From NCBI GenBank assembly GCA_030704615.1, contig CM060731.1, positions 14,756,001-14,820,000 on the forward strand: 64,000 nt of DNA, in the 5' to 3' direction. The notes beneath the pieces are model-generated. The model searched no databases. It saw only the letters and a program-made list of their open reading frames with translations, and had not been told where the DNA came from. Of the stretch, positions 48,562 to 60,700 are shown piece by piece. Every line of letters starts with the position of its first letter. Positions within the stretch are counted from its first letter, which is position 1. The position numbers and the translations under genes were made by a program. Origin of the DNA: Takakia lepidozioides. Taxonomy: Eukaryota > Plantae > Bryophyta.

Positions 48562-51500
48562 CTACTTCCATGCATCTGAATTCTGCAGACAAAAAGTGCA
48601 GGTTTAAATCACAGACACCATCCAATTATAACTTGTAGAGGAGCGCCTGTGCAGCGTCCGAGACTTGATGCTCAATGAATAGCCATTAAGCAAGATATTT
48701 GAAAAGGGAGAGCTAATATCAAAATACCTGATAAAAGGCCTGGGGATATTGGGCGGCAGCATATGCCTGCTGATGATGATGTGACTGATGCCAGGTGGAG
48801 GCATTGGAACTAGCATGCTGCTCACCTGGTCCAGCAAAGCTCTCTGCAGGCCTCTCTACCCCAGCCCCACTGCTGCTGGCCACTGCATATGTCCCCATGC
48901 CAGCTTCCAGTTTGGTCTTTTTCTGATCGTCATACTGGCTTGACTGATCCATGGCCAAGTCTTGCATAGTGAGACCTTGCGCACCCACACGAAGCCCCTG
49001 AGGCATGCTCATTTGACCCAATGTTTCATGCAAATTTGCTTGCGACCCAGCTGGAAAGAAGCCGGACGGACTAGCCTCACTGTTACCTCCGGCTTCCCTT
49101 CACCCATCCAATTCCAGCACAGCCAACAGCATCACTCAACTGCAACATCAAATTGCTGGCAACTGAGGTTGCAGGTCCCCCAGATTTGTCCAACAACCTT
49201 AAACGTAGAGGGAAATTTGCGATGATGTCTGATCACTGAGCAGGCCTAGAATAACAGGTCTTAGTTACAAAAGACAAGCCTGTACCTTGGCAACTGTTGA
49301 GGCATAAGTGAAGAAGAGTGAGACTGGTGCTCCATGAAGTCTTGGAGAGTTGCTTGCTGCTCACGCTCTGGCTGCATGGACGTCCATTGCATAAACTGGG
49401 ATCCTTGCGTGGCTGTCAATGGTTGTCCACGCATGGCCAGCGCCTGCAAGCCATCCGCAAACTTATCATCACTGTTTTTGTCCAGCATCTTGGCAGCGAC
49501 ACCAATTTCAACTTGCTGGATATTCACAAGGTATTCAAACTCAGGAAACCCAACCTTCATCCTTTACCTTAAAGAATGCCTGAGGGACAAACTGGAGCAC
49601 ACCCAATGTTCCGACTTTCTGCGGCTAGGGGAGCAGTTAATGGATACATGGGAGATGGGAGGAAATTGCAGGTCCTAACCTTCCACCGTTTGGTCTCTGC
49701 TAGAGACCATTAATTGTTAGCCACACCTATCAACTTCTTGAATCCCTTCTGAGGTTGACTCTGAAGGTGGTATAAGTAGGCATTCCCTATTTAGTTACAC
49801 CACTCAACCTTCAGTGACAACCAATGTCCCATAATTTTCTAGAACCTACACCAGCATTGCAGGACAATAAAGGACATGTTGCACACACCTGCTGATACGT
49901 GTTGCCTAGAAACTCATGCTGCTGCACCACACAAAGACACTTGCTATTGTTAGGTAGGGACAATGACCCTGAAACCGGAAGTCTTGTTAATATAGCTACA
50001 ATCGTAGTGAAACCAAGTCAAGGGCGGGTCAAAAACAGTACAAACATTTAGACGGGTCGTCAGGAATGCTACAGTGTGAATCAATCATAAATAGTGCTTG
50101 GTTTACCTGTCTTTGACTTAGAACATTGGCAGCCTGATAAGCATTGTTGATATAGTTCTGCAATAGATCCACACCCCCAGCATACATCCAAGCTATCAAT
50201 CAGAGCCATGATACTAATGTCCCATTAAATCCTACCTGACATGCAGCACCCCACAAAAGTTGGCCCTGTATTATGATAAGGCCAAACATACCTTGCGTTG
50301 ACGTACTCTTTCAAGAGCTTGTTCCAACTCTGTCTCCATGTTTGCCAGTTGTTGGACATTTGTCACAGTATTGAGGATTTGTTCATCTGCTAGATACAAC
50401 CTGCATGTCCCGACACCATACAACCTGTCAAGCCCACATGTTCCTGTCTGTCCCTTGGGTGCTTTCGCCTCCCAAAGTGCTTTGTCCTCTCTCTCTCTGG
50501 AAGAAAGTGCAATTGCCCGTTGTGTGGGCAACCCAAAGACAATATTCATTTTCTGATTCACTGTCCGGGGTACTCTCACCAGAGAGAAGCTCTCCTCCAA
50601 TCTATCAAGAGAATTGTGCCTGTACCTCTGTTTACCAACTTTGAAAGTCTCGAGGCTGAGCCAAAAGCCCAGGCCCTTCTGAGGCCTAGTTTTTGGGCAA
50701 ATCACACACAGCAGATTGATGCTTGTGTGAAGGGATTTCTAGAGGATATCTGGAAAACCCGAATCAATTCTTTGTATAAAGGTAAGTCTTACTACCAATG
50801 TCAGCCCCTGACAGGGTAGGTTCTGTCCCTTTGGTTTCCGCTCAAACTGGGCGCGGGGTCAATGGCCACAAGGCTACGGCAAACAACGTCTTATGAGTAC
50901 ATTCTCTCTCTCTCTCTCTGGATTTGCTTTCCACTCAAACTGGGCGGGGGGTCATGGCCACAAGGCTACGGCAAACAACGTCTTATGAGTACATTCTCTC
51001 TGGATTTGCATGTATAACTTTAAGGGTGCAAAGTTTGAGCCTCTCTGGGAGGCAGGGAGGAAGGGGGTAGAAAAAGGGGGGTGCAAGCAGGGGTGCAAGA
51101 GGTATGTAAGAAAGGTACCGTGCTCGTTGTTGCACATGGTTTTTTTCTTGTTGAAGCTTCTTAATTTCCTCCTGCAAGCCCTGCAACCCCATACCGTGAA
51201 TAACCGCACGCCTTTAACACCGTGCCATGAAAGAATGCTTATACCCTTTCCAATTCGAACTATGTTCAAGCAGAATCTGCTTCAAACAGAAGGAAGATTG
51301 GGGACCATGGAAACTGGCCAATGTTGAGGCTGCACTCTTACAAAGCACTAAATGTCTCTGGAACACAATCCACAAATGTCCAATGCAATGGGAGGTAAAT
51401 GTTCTAACATTCATCACTTCATCTTAGGCCACAACAGATCATATATACACTAGGAAGGAACTACGGTACTCACCCCAATGTCATAGCCTTTGCTGCGATA

Positions 51501-53230
51501 GATCACGTCCAAATGACAATCCAACAGCCCATTATGTAATGTGTTAGACTGTTACTTTGTACATCATATATAAATAACACCTTGCAGCTCAAGGCTGCCT
51601 ATGAAGGTTGACAGTAGTCATTATAAAATAGAAGAAGACATTACTACAGAACCCATAGCATCACTGGTACTTCCAAAACTCATTATTTCACAGAAAACCA
51701 GGGCATAAACTCACCTTCCAGAAATAAGAAGTTGATTAGAAGCCAAATCCTTCTCCCCTGACAGCTTCTTCAAGGCCTTGTGCAAATACTGCAGAGTGCA
51801 CCCATCCCCCATTGACTTCAGAGGCACATTTTCTATGAGCTCCTAGTTGAAATCTCATTGCTTTTCACAAAAACCTGCCATTGCTATCCTCCTTCAAGCT
51901 AGGTACACTTGTGTGCCTTAGCAAGCATGCATGGTAAGGATTTGAAGACGCCAACATACCTCCAGGTTCTCCATCTTTCTGCATTGTTTCAACATGTCGC
52001 AATAGTGCCATAGAATCACATGTGTCCACACCCACAAACCCTCATTACAACAGTCTGACATAGGCATCTGGAGGCTAATTTGAAACAAAACTGAGCATGA
52101 TATCCACATCCTCACAAGGAACTCAAAACAAAATGCGCGGAGCTTGGATCTATAGATGAAGCATTCAGTGGAAAAGGAAGGATGCACACCTATTATGTTT
52201 GCTGAGGTCATGATGCATGAAATTCGAGTAGCGAGTCATCATGTCCTCAAAACTGCCCCACCACAAAAAGACTCGCTAAATATTTGAATGAAAGGTGGAG
52301 GCTTGACATAATGACAAGAAGGTTGAAGCAGGAGGAGGCAAACCTTTTATTGCGCTCGTGCATGGGCAAATTTGCAAACCGACTGATCACCTCCTCAATG
52401 CTGCTCCCACAAAGTTAAACCACAACCCACAGACCTTCGTATGAATACATAGCTGTAGACAGTGCCAGACTTGACAACCTTGCCATGCCATTTCTCTAAG
52501 CTACATTTGGGAGTTCCTTTAGTTCCCTGCAAATCACCAGGTCACTATCCAAAGAGAAGACGCTAGTTGTCATACAACTACAACCGTCAGTAAGTCAGGT
52601 GGCCAGCAGCGCCATTGCCTGCGCCATTGGCAAATTACTACCTCTCGTAGGGAAGGAGATAAGAACAAGTCATAAACTATTCCAGGTTGTTGTCTGTTTT
52701 AGCAGGCTGACTGCCCTTGTGAATGAAGTCCTGATCTTTCCTGAAACGTAGTGTGTGGTGGAGAGGCCTCCCGAACTGTGTTCCGAGGCTTTCCAAGAAA
52801 TAATTTGGCTACCTACAGACAACGCTTGACTCCTCCCGAAGTTCCAAACGAAGCAACGCTGCGACGCGATGGCGGTGGCGAAGGCTCAGGCATCCAAAAC
52901 TGTGGGCACTGTCGGCCCTGTCACCAGCGCACTTCATCCAGCGCCTTCCTACCAACCCTTAAACTCCTGCTAACTTGTAAAGCTACGAGCTTACGCACAC
53001 CAGCAAGCAGCCAAGCACAAACAGCACAAGCAGAGGAACGGCTGGCACCTGCAATTACAGTATTGGGTGAGTTTGCCTGACGGTGAGAACATGATGAGGG
53101 CGATATCGATGTCGCAAAGCACCGAAAGTTCGTAGGCCTTCTTAATGAGTCCATTGCGTCTCTTGGAGTACGTCACCTGTCTGTTGGTAGGATTCTCTAT
53201 TTTCTTGATCTCTAGCTTCACCCTCCCCAT
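48562..53230 (-). CDS. MIKC*-type MADS-box transcription factor, paralog 1, 13 coding exons
   Basis: Exons 53049-53230 (MADS domain [25 protein letters not shown]), 52344-52400, 52190-52252, 51960-51978, 51715-51788, 51474-51492, 51119-51180, 50292-50400 (K-box [19 protein letters not shown]), 50107-50157, 49889-49921, 49286-49443, 48728-49097, 48562-48582 (NSDAWK*). All GT-AG and in phase. The multi-short-exon I-region is diagnostic of MIKC*. Confidence 0.92.
50502..50993 (+). mobile_element. Two tandem 5'-truncated LINE 3' ends (50502-50901 and 50928-50993) in intron 7 of MADS paralog 1
   Basis: Both end ...CAAACAACGTCTTATGAGTACA. They are flanked by duplicated (TC)nTGGA and TCTCTCTGGATTTGC targets. 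The paralogous intron (about 59470, TTTGTCTCTGGACTTGCAT) is an empty site. Confidence 0.92.
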
Positions 53231-53594
53231 GTTGCCGTGCTGTGCTTCTGTCTCTCCGTCCGCACACTTCTCCCTCTTCTACAACTACTAGCACTACACA
53301 CGGAAAGCGTCTAACAGGAAACCGGAATCCAAACACAACAGCAAGGAGCACCAGGAGAAGCGAACAGAATTAGCATGCCCGGTGCCTGGCACCTTCCACT
53401 TTGTATCCGCACCCCTCTCATGACTCCTGTACGCAGAGATTCATGCCGTCTCTCACAAACAACGAAGACCTGAGAACCCACTTGCAGTGTGCACCCACCT
53501 GCACTCCCGAGCAAACAACGACGTCGATTGGAGAGAAGACAACATGGGTAGAGATCCAGAAGAGACAGACTAGAGCTGAAATGAGTGAGAAAAA

Positions 53595-53770
53595 GAGAAA
53601 GAGACAAGGCGGCAGTGGTGCTGTCAGCTAGCAGCTTGGAGCTCTCTTCTTCCGCCAATGTGGTGGTGGGCCCTTAGATTTTAACCCAAGAGAATAATCT
53701 AAAAAGAGTTGACAGCTAAACATAGGCATGCGCACAATTCAAAGGACAGCCTAGATTTTACTACGGTAAT
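53595..53770 (-). promoter_or_regulatory. Conserved upstream block of MADS paralog 1
   Basis: AAGAGACAAGGCGGC, TTCCGCCAATGTGG.GGTGGGCCC, GAGAATAATCTAAAAAGAGTT and CTAGATTT.AC..CGGTAA are collinear with 61648-61821 upstream of paralog 2. Confidence 0.65.
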
Positions 53771-56700
53771 GCTCGTGTACGGGAGATGGCGTCTCACGAG
53801 CTGGGAGAAATTCGAGAGCAATAATGGGCCGCAGGTGCACACACGACCTTGCACGGTTTGCTGCTCGCACCCATCTGGGACCCACCGCACGTCGTCGCGC
53901 ACGCCCTTCTGCCAAGCTTCTCTCCTTCCCCCCCTCTTCTGCCGCTCTGCTCTTCACTCCCACCCACTCGCAGCTCTCATGATTCTGCGCTATTTATGAC
54001 ACTGCGCACATTCATCGGGTGGGTCGATGTTTTCCTCGGGTGCAACAGCAGAGAGGTCTCCCGACCCTGCCATTCTCTGGTGGGGTTGCGAAGAAATAGG
54101 TTAGAGAGCACAAAATCCCGGATATGGAGGGGGGTTTGATGCTTGCCTGCCTGCCTGCCTGCCCTCGATGATGATGCTCACCGCTGGGGATGCCGTCGAA
54201 GCTCTTAGGGTACCAGCAATGTTCGAATTGTATGTACATACAGAGCTTCTCTGGATTGGACCTGATGGTGTCTGAACACCTCGCCGGGTTGCAGAGTGAG
54301 AGTAGTTGACCCCATAGACTCGGGGAAGAGGAGTAGCTTTGAGAAGATGTTACCGTGGTGGGCAGCAAGGGCAAGTTTGCGCAATTGGGTACAGGACAGA
54401 GTGCTATCGCGCTTACTGGAACGATTTCTGCCATGCCTATGGAGATGCCCATTGTCCTGTGAAGGAACTCTCTTGACTTGCCGCTTGGGTACATCTTGCG
54501 GCCCACACGACTCCAAGGTACGGGCGGGGACAGGCTTGAACTCTGCTTTGCAGTGCTCATTGAGATCTGATCAGTCTTTCCTTTCTTGTAGTCCTGAATG
54601 GTCCAGAGATGCACTCGTTAGTGGAAGGCAGACGTATGATTTGGCTTCTCCTCCCATAGCCTTGCCGCCAAAGCCTCGCTGGGTCTGAGAGACCATAGTG
54701 GGTTATAGACAAGTCCTGAACATTACACTTTGGGTGGTTAAGAGTTGGCTTTCACTAACCAAAATACTGTCTTCACTGACGGAACATTTTGTGCTCGGGG
54801 ATTTTTGGTTTAGACGCTAAACTGCTAACATTGTTCAAGCTGTATCTCATTGTCTTCCACTCTGCTCGCTTCCGAACTCCTCTTCGGACTGGATGCGTTC
54901 GTTGAACATCGGTTCAGAAACGATATACGCACTTAGAATGAAAGTCCAGATTTGTATACAGTATTGGTAACGGAGCTTGCACCTCGATATGATCCACTTT
55001 GCCGCTAACGAGGTTAGAGCTGCTGGGTTATGGTGCTCGACAATATGAGCTGGGGTCAGATGTGGGCTATGAGGTTGGTCCTTGTTTGTGGCTTGTTTGT
55101 TGGATGGATCAATGCGGAGCAGTTCTCGAGCGAGGGTGATGGGGTTCCGGTTATGGCCGACCTCCAGGGAGCTCGGCTCATTAACACGCCTGGCTTCTAG
55201 GGACTCATCTGCGATCGTTGACTTGCTCAGTATTCTCTTGCCATAGTCTCCCGTACTTTGCTAAATACCCATTCTGGAGTCAGATGTACATGTGTTCTTT
55301 TCACCTTCTAATTTCAAGAGCTGATCTTAACTCGGCAATCTGGGCTTAGCATCTTTGTATTGACCATATATAGCTCTGCTGGATGGATGGATGGATGGAT
55401 GGGCAGTACTGCTATGTTGCTTCAGTCAAAACTGATCGAACTTGATGAAGCTAGACTTGTAATGTCACTGGTCCTAGAGCTCTAGTTTCGATCGTCCACG
55501 AAAATTCATGTAGTGTGCTTCAGGATGTCCTCAAATACTCATCAGACTCACACAAGCACAAGATCTGATCACTACTCTGCTGTGAATACCGCCCAAGATT
55601 GCTGTTTCAAAAACTACAACATATACATAGTCAGGGACCACCAAAAGCACAGCGTTGGTTTCAGCTCCTCCGGACTGCAAATGAGGATTACAAGATTGAC
55701 CATCTTTCTTTCTTCCGGAAACATCTGCAATATCCAAGCTTATTAGAGAGGAATCAAAGGAACTTGAAGGAATTCACGTGCGTTTTGTAAAGGCGCCAAG
55801 TGGTTGCAACTGGTCATCTCTACAGATTTGACCTAAGGTGGGTATGGTGTGGGTATGGTGGAGAACAAGCCTCCAGCACGTCCAAACTCAAAGCACGTCT
55901 CCCATAAAGTATGGGGTGTTTGACCCCAAATTCATGGCTCAGCCATCTCACATAAACCTCTCAGCAAAAACTATGGCGCAATATATGAATTCGTCACAAA
56001 ATGGCCCCTAAGATCTGGGAGAATGTATGCAAAGATTTATCACCATGTAAAGCAAGAGAAATGTGCCTCATAAACCAACCTCCCGGCAGAAACACACACA
56101 GTCATGAGTACTCAAACACTTCCCAGAGTCGAGCACTCCATCCAGACGGTTTGATATGACTGACACGGAGGACAGTGGCATCTCACATCTGGAGGTCTTT
56201 CAATGTTTCTGTACCTATCCTTACTCCTTCCTTACTTCAGGTCCAGGCCATCATTAGATTAAAGTAGTAACCCGAGGCCGATTGTACGGTCCCCACATGC
56301 TCCAATTTGGCGAGATACCTGTACATTGACATCACCAAATTCAACTTTCCTTAGACCATACCTCTCTGATCTCCACCGACAGGATCAGCTCCATCACCAT
56401 CACAGGGTCGGGACTCGGAATCCCAATCCTTCACAGCACTGTGGTAGGTACAAAGGTACTTCTTCTGCACCTTCCCATCCTCGTTTTCACTGCGCAACTC
56501 TTCTTGACACGGTTGGGCTCATAAAATAAAGGAAAAAACAGCAAGGGCCACCGTGCGATTCAATGTGTTGTGCCGGCACGGCACCCTGCGGCTGGAAATC
56601 CCACGCAGCCATATTCTGCCGGCCATCACATGTTTTATAATACTACCAGACACGAGTTAACTTTACTTAGACTGGGTTGTCTCCTCCAAGGTCTGGCAGT

Positions 56701-57334
56701 TTGCCAGGTTCAGAACTTAAGATTGGGAGGAGGTGGATTGGGAGGAGATGCCTGTTGGTATGGCGGCTGGTTTGGCCACGGCCATAGAAAACGAGGGTTG
56801 CATGTGGTAGGAGGCAAGATTCCATTTGCGAGGCTTTCAATGACTCAACAGTGGAGTTTAGTTTTATGGTTTTTGATGGCTGATTGTAAGAGGGCCCCCT
56901 TGTTTATTGTCTGTTTTGACAAAATTTTCCAACTGTAAGATCTTTCAGCTTTCTTTGGATGATGAGTTCCTTTCTTTCTTTCTCTGGATGTTTTGAAGTC
57001 CCTTGTATATGTTGCCAGATGTGGTGAGGTAGTGACTTCTAAAGACCATATGACAAAAGCAGAAGGACATTTTGTTGCTTGACAATGGACAGCCTGTCCT
57101 TTTTCATAACAAGGCAAAATTCAATGCTTGAACATCATCTGTATAAGTGCCACTGAATTTGTCAATTAATTATCAATCTGGGGGTGGCTCTTAGTTACGC
57201 CGGCTTTGGCCGGGGTCCTCTCTCTCTCTCAATCTGGGGTGCTACAATCCCAGTCTACAGCCTGGTAGCCAAGCCGTGCAAGAAATTGGGCAAGCTAAGC
57301 ATGCAACCAGGACCTGCAGTTGGCACCCATACCA

Positions 57335-57586
57335 TCAATACGTACTTTCACCTAGTGATGGTAACGACAATGAAAGATGGTTTGAGGAACGCATTTGAAT
57401 CTGAGATTGGTTGTCAATTTGGGGGGCAACTTGCAACTGAGAGGGATCCATGGGTGCATGTCCTAAGCTACGACTCAACTCCAGCAGCACATTCTGTTGT
57501 TGGTCAACTGTGTGGTGCCTACGTTGCTGCAATCCCTCCTCCCCCTGGTGATGCGACATCACTCCCGCCCTGAGGGAATCCATCAT
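57335..57586 (-). other. Conserved downstream ORF (83 aa, Q/H/S-rich) 3' of MADS paralog 2
   Basis: MMDSLRAGVMSHHQGEEGLQQRR...QMRSSNHLSLSLPSLGESTY is homologous to 48197-48430, with 3-bp and 15-bp frame-preserving indels. Confidence 0.45.
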
Positions 57587-57716
57587 TCTGTCTAGTCCTG
57601 GCTGCTGTCCCTCCCACCCATGCTCCCTTGTCACAAATGTATTTCACCATCGAAGACCTCTAGATAATTCCACCACTTCTTCATCTCTACGGCTTAACCC
57701 AACTGCTTCAAATAAC

Positions 57717-60700
57717 CTACTTCCATGCATGCCTGAATTGTGCACACAAAGTGTATGTTTAAAACGTCTAGACACCATCCAATAACTTGCACAGGAACAG
57801 CACAGGGTGTGATTCAGAGATTCATGCTCAATTGATAGCCTGACAGCAAGCTACTTGGAAAGGGGAGATATTCAGGCTGGCTCTGGATAACAAAAGGTTG
57901 CGTTCACAATACCTGGTAAAAGGCCTCCGGATATTGGGCTCCAGCATATACCGCCTGCTGTTGATGATGTGACTGATGCCAGGTGGATGCACTGGAACTG
58001 GCATGCTGCTCCCCTGGTCCAGCAAAGCTCTCAGCAGAGCGCTCAACCCCAGCCCCACTGCTGCTGGCCACTGCATATGGCCCCATGCCACCTTCCAGTT
58101 TTGCCTTTTTCTGATCATCAAACTGGCTTGACTGATCCAAGTCTTGCATTGTCAGACCTTGCGCAGCCAAAGGAATGCCCTGTGGCATGTTAATCTGGCC
58201 CAATGTCTCATGCAAATTTGGTTGTGACCCAGCTGGAAAGAAGCTGGATGGAGTGGCCTCAGTGTTACCTCCGGCTTCCCTTCACCCATCAAATTCCAGC
58301 ACAGCAAAACAACGTCACTCTACTGCACGATAGAGGATTGCCAGTGGCTGAGCTCATAGGTCCTCAAGACTCGTCTCACAAAAATCAACATTTATAAAGT
58401 CGCTGCAGTATTTGGTCGAAGGATGCACCCAAAATCAAACAACATAACCTGGACACAGCAGAAAAGACTGCACATACCTCGACAGCTGTTGAGGCAATTG
58501 CTGGTCCATGAAGTCTTGGAGAGTGGCTTGCTGCTCACGCTCAGGCTGCATAGTGGTCCATTGCCCAAATTGGGATCCATGCGTGCCGGTCAATTGTTGC
58601 CCACGCATGGCCATCATCTGCATACAGCCCCAACTTAGCAAAATTACCAGCAACATCCACTTGCTTTGAGAGATTCACAAGGTACACCAACTCATGATAC
58701 CCGATCTGCGCGAAGAATGTCTGGAGTACAAACTTGGGCAAACCAAATGTTCCCACTCTTGAGCCATTTGGACAGTCCAGGGAGACATGAAAGACAAGGA
58801 GAGGCAGAAATGCAAGGCAGATTCAAACAGCTACTTGTGATGCCGTTGCAACCTTTGACTGTGGTAGGGAAAAACCAAATGTTTACCCTACACATGTAAC
58901 AGAATTAATGCCAATGCAGAGCTGGCATGCACAGAATTATATAAGTAAAATATTTCTACATACCTGCTGATATGTGTTGCCCATAAATTCATGCTGCTGC
59001 ACCAACAAAAGGCACTTGCTCTAGTCAGGTAGGGAAATATGCAACCTAAGAGGTTCAAGATAGTTGTCAATAACACTCCGGTACAAAAAATTGGAGAGGA
59101 TGAGTAAGATGGAAGGTCATAAGCAGTGCAAGCATAGGTATACCTGTCTTTGACTTAGAACATTGGCAGCCTGATAGGCAGTGTCGATATAGCTCTGCAG
59201 GAAATCCCAAGCCCCACCATGCATCCAGGCTGTTACTCAGATCTAAGACTAAAGGTCCTAGATTTATGCAAAGTGTGCCATAAAAGACAGCCATGTGAAT
59301 ATGATACATGGCCTAACATACCTTGCGTTGACGTACTCTCTCAAGAGCTTGTTCCAATTCTGTCTCCATGTTGGCCAGTTGCTGGACCGATGTAACTGTG
59401 TTGATAATTTGTTCATCTGCTAAATACAACCTGCATGTCCCCATGCCCCACTGGATGTCAACGACACATTTGTCTCTGGACTTGCATTCTGGACTGCAAA
59501 GGTTTAAGGTTCTACAGAATCCTTTCTGCGAGCAAGGGACTGCAAGCACGGGTGCAATGGAGCTTGCAAGGAGTACCGTGCTTGTTGTTGCACGTGGTTC
59601 TTTTCTAGCTGAAGCTTCTTTAATTCTTCTTGCAAGACCTGCACACCCCATCCTTCTTAATTACAGGCAAACACCAAAATACCATGCCATGGTACAAATG
59701 ACTTCACCATGGATGTGAATAAAGAACATGTCCAACCTGAACGACGCTGAACACTAGAGTAAGACTCAGGGCTACCGCGGGAACGTATAGCCTGAGCTCT
59801 TATGTCAAACAAACCTGACAGCAAACCTTGTGATTGCTTCACCTTCACTAAATGTTCCGGGACATAATTTAGGGATTTCTTTTCTTTTCTTTGCTCCAGT
59901 TTTGCTCATGGGTGTTGAGTATTGAACTTTGAACGAGTCTTTACAAATGAGATGAGAGGCCACTATCCTTACTACAAACATCAACATCATAGCCCAAAAC
60001 AGATAATATAGGAGGAAGCTGCATTACTTACCCCAACATCATAGCTTTTGCTGCCAAACCAAGAGCCCATCACAGAAGTGTTAGAACGGTATAATTTTTC
60101 TGTTTCATACAACAAATCACACCCTGCAGTTCAAAGATGCCTACCAAGGTAGATACTTGATACCATTATCAAATAGAGGGTACAACATTAACCTATAGCA
60201 TCACTAGATAAATACTTCACAACCCAATATTTCACACAAACAAGGGCATAATAATACTCACCTTCCGGAAAGAAGATGTTGATTGGAGGCCAGATCCTTC
60301 TCCCCTGACAGCTTCTTCAAAGCCTTGCGCAAATACTGCATAGTTCCCATTCACTTCCTCTCAGCTTAGACTTTGACCAACTTCTTGAAACACCATGTAA
60401 CATTTTATATAAGTATCTATGCTCCATCAAGCTAGGTACACTGGTGCTGCTCAGCAACAGCAGGTGTAACTTAAGCCAATTATAGTTGGTAAGAGTTCCA
60501 AGACCCTGGCATACCTCCAGGTTTTCGATCTTTCTGAATTGTGTTAACAACCACAGCAGCGCCATAGCAGACGTCACATGTAATCACCCAAAAACCCTGG
60601 TTACAACATTCTAAGGTTTGGAGTGAGGAACCACAAAATAGTTAAAGCAATGAGCTGGAAAAAGGAGGATGCACACCTACTATGTCTGATGTGATCACAT

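Noticed and set aside
54012-55260. 200-aa and 130-aa ORFs, and a 137-codon stop-free minus-strand frame (54847-55260) between MADS paralogs
   Set aside because: No recognisable motifs, start context or exon structure, and the lengths are within what arises by chance here. A BLASTX could still reveal a decayed TE.
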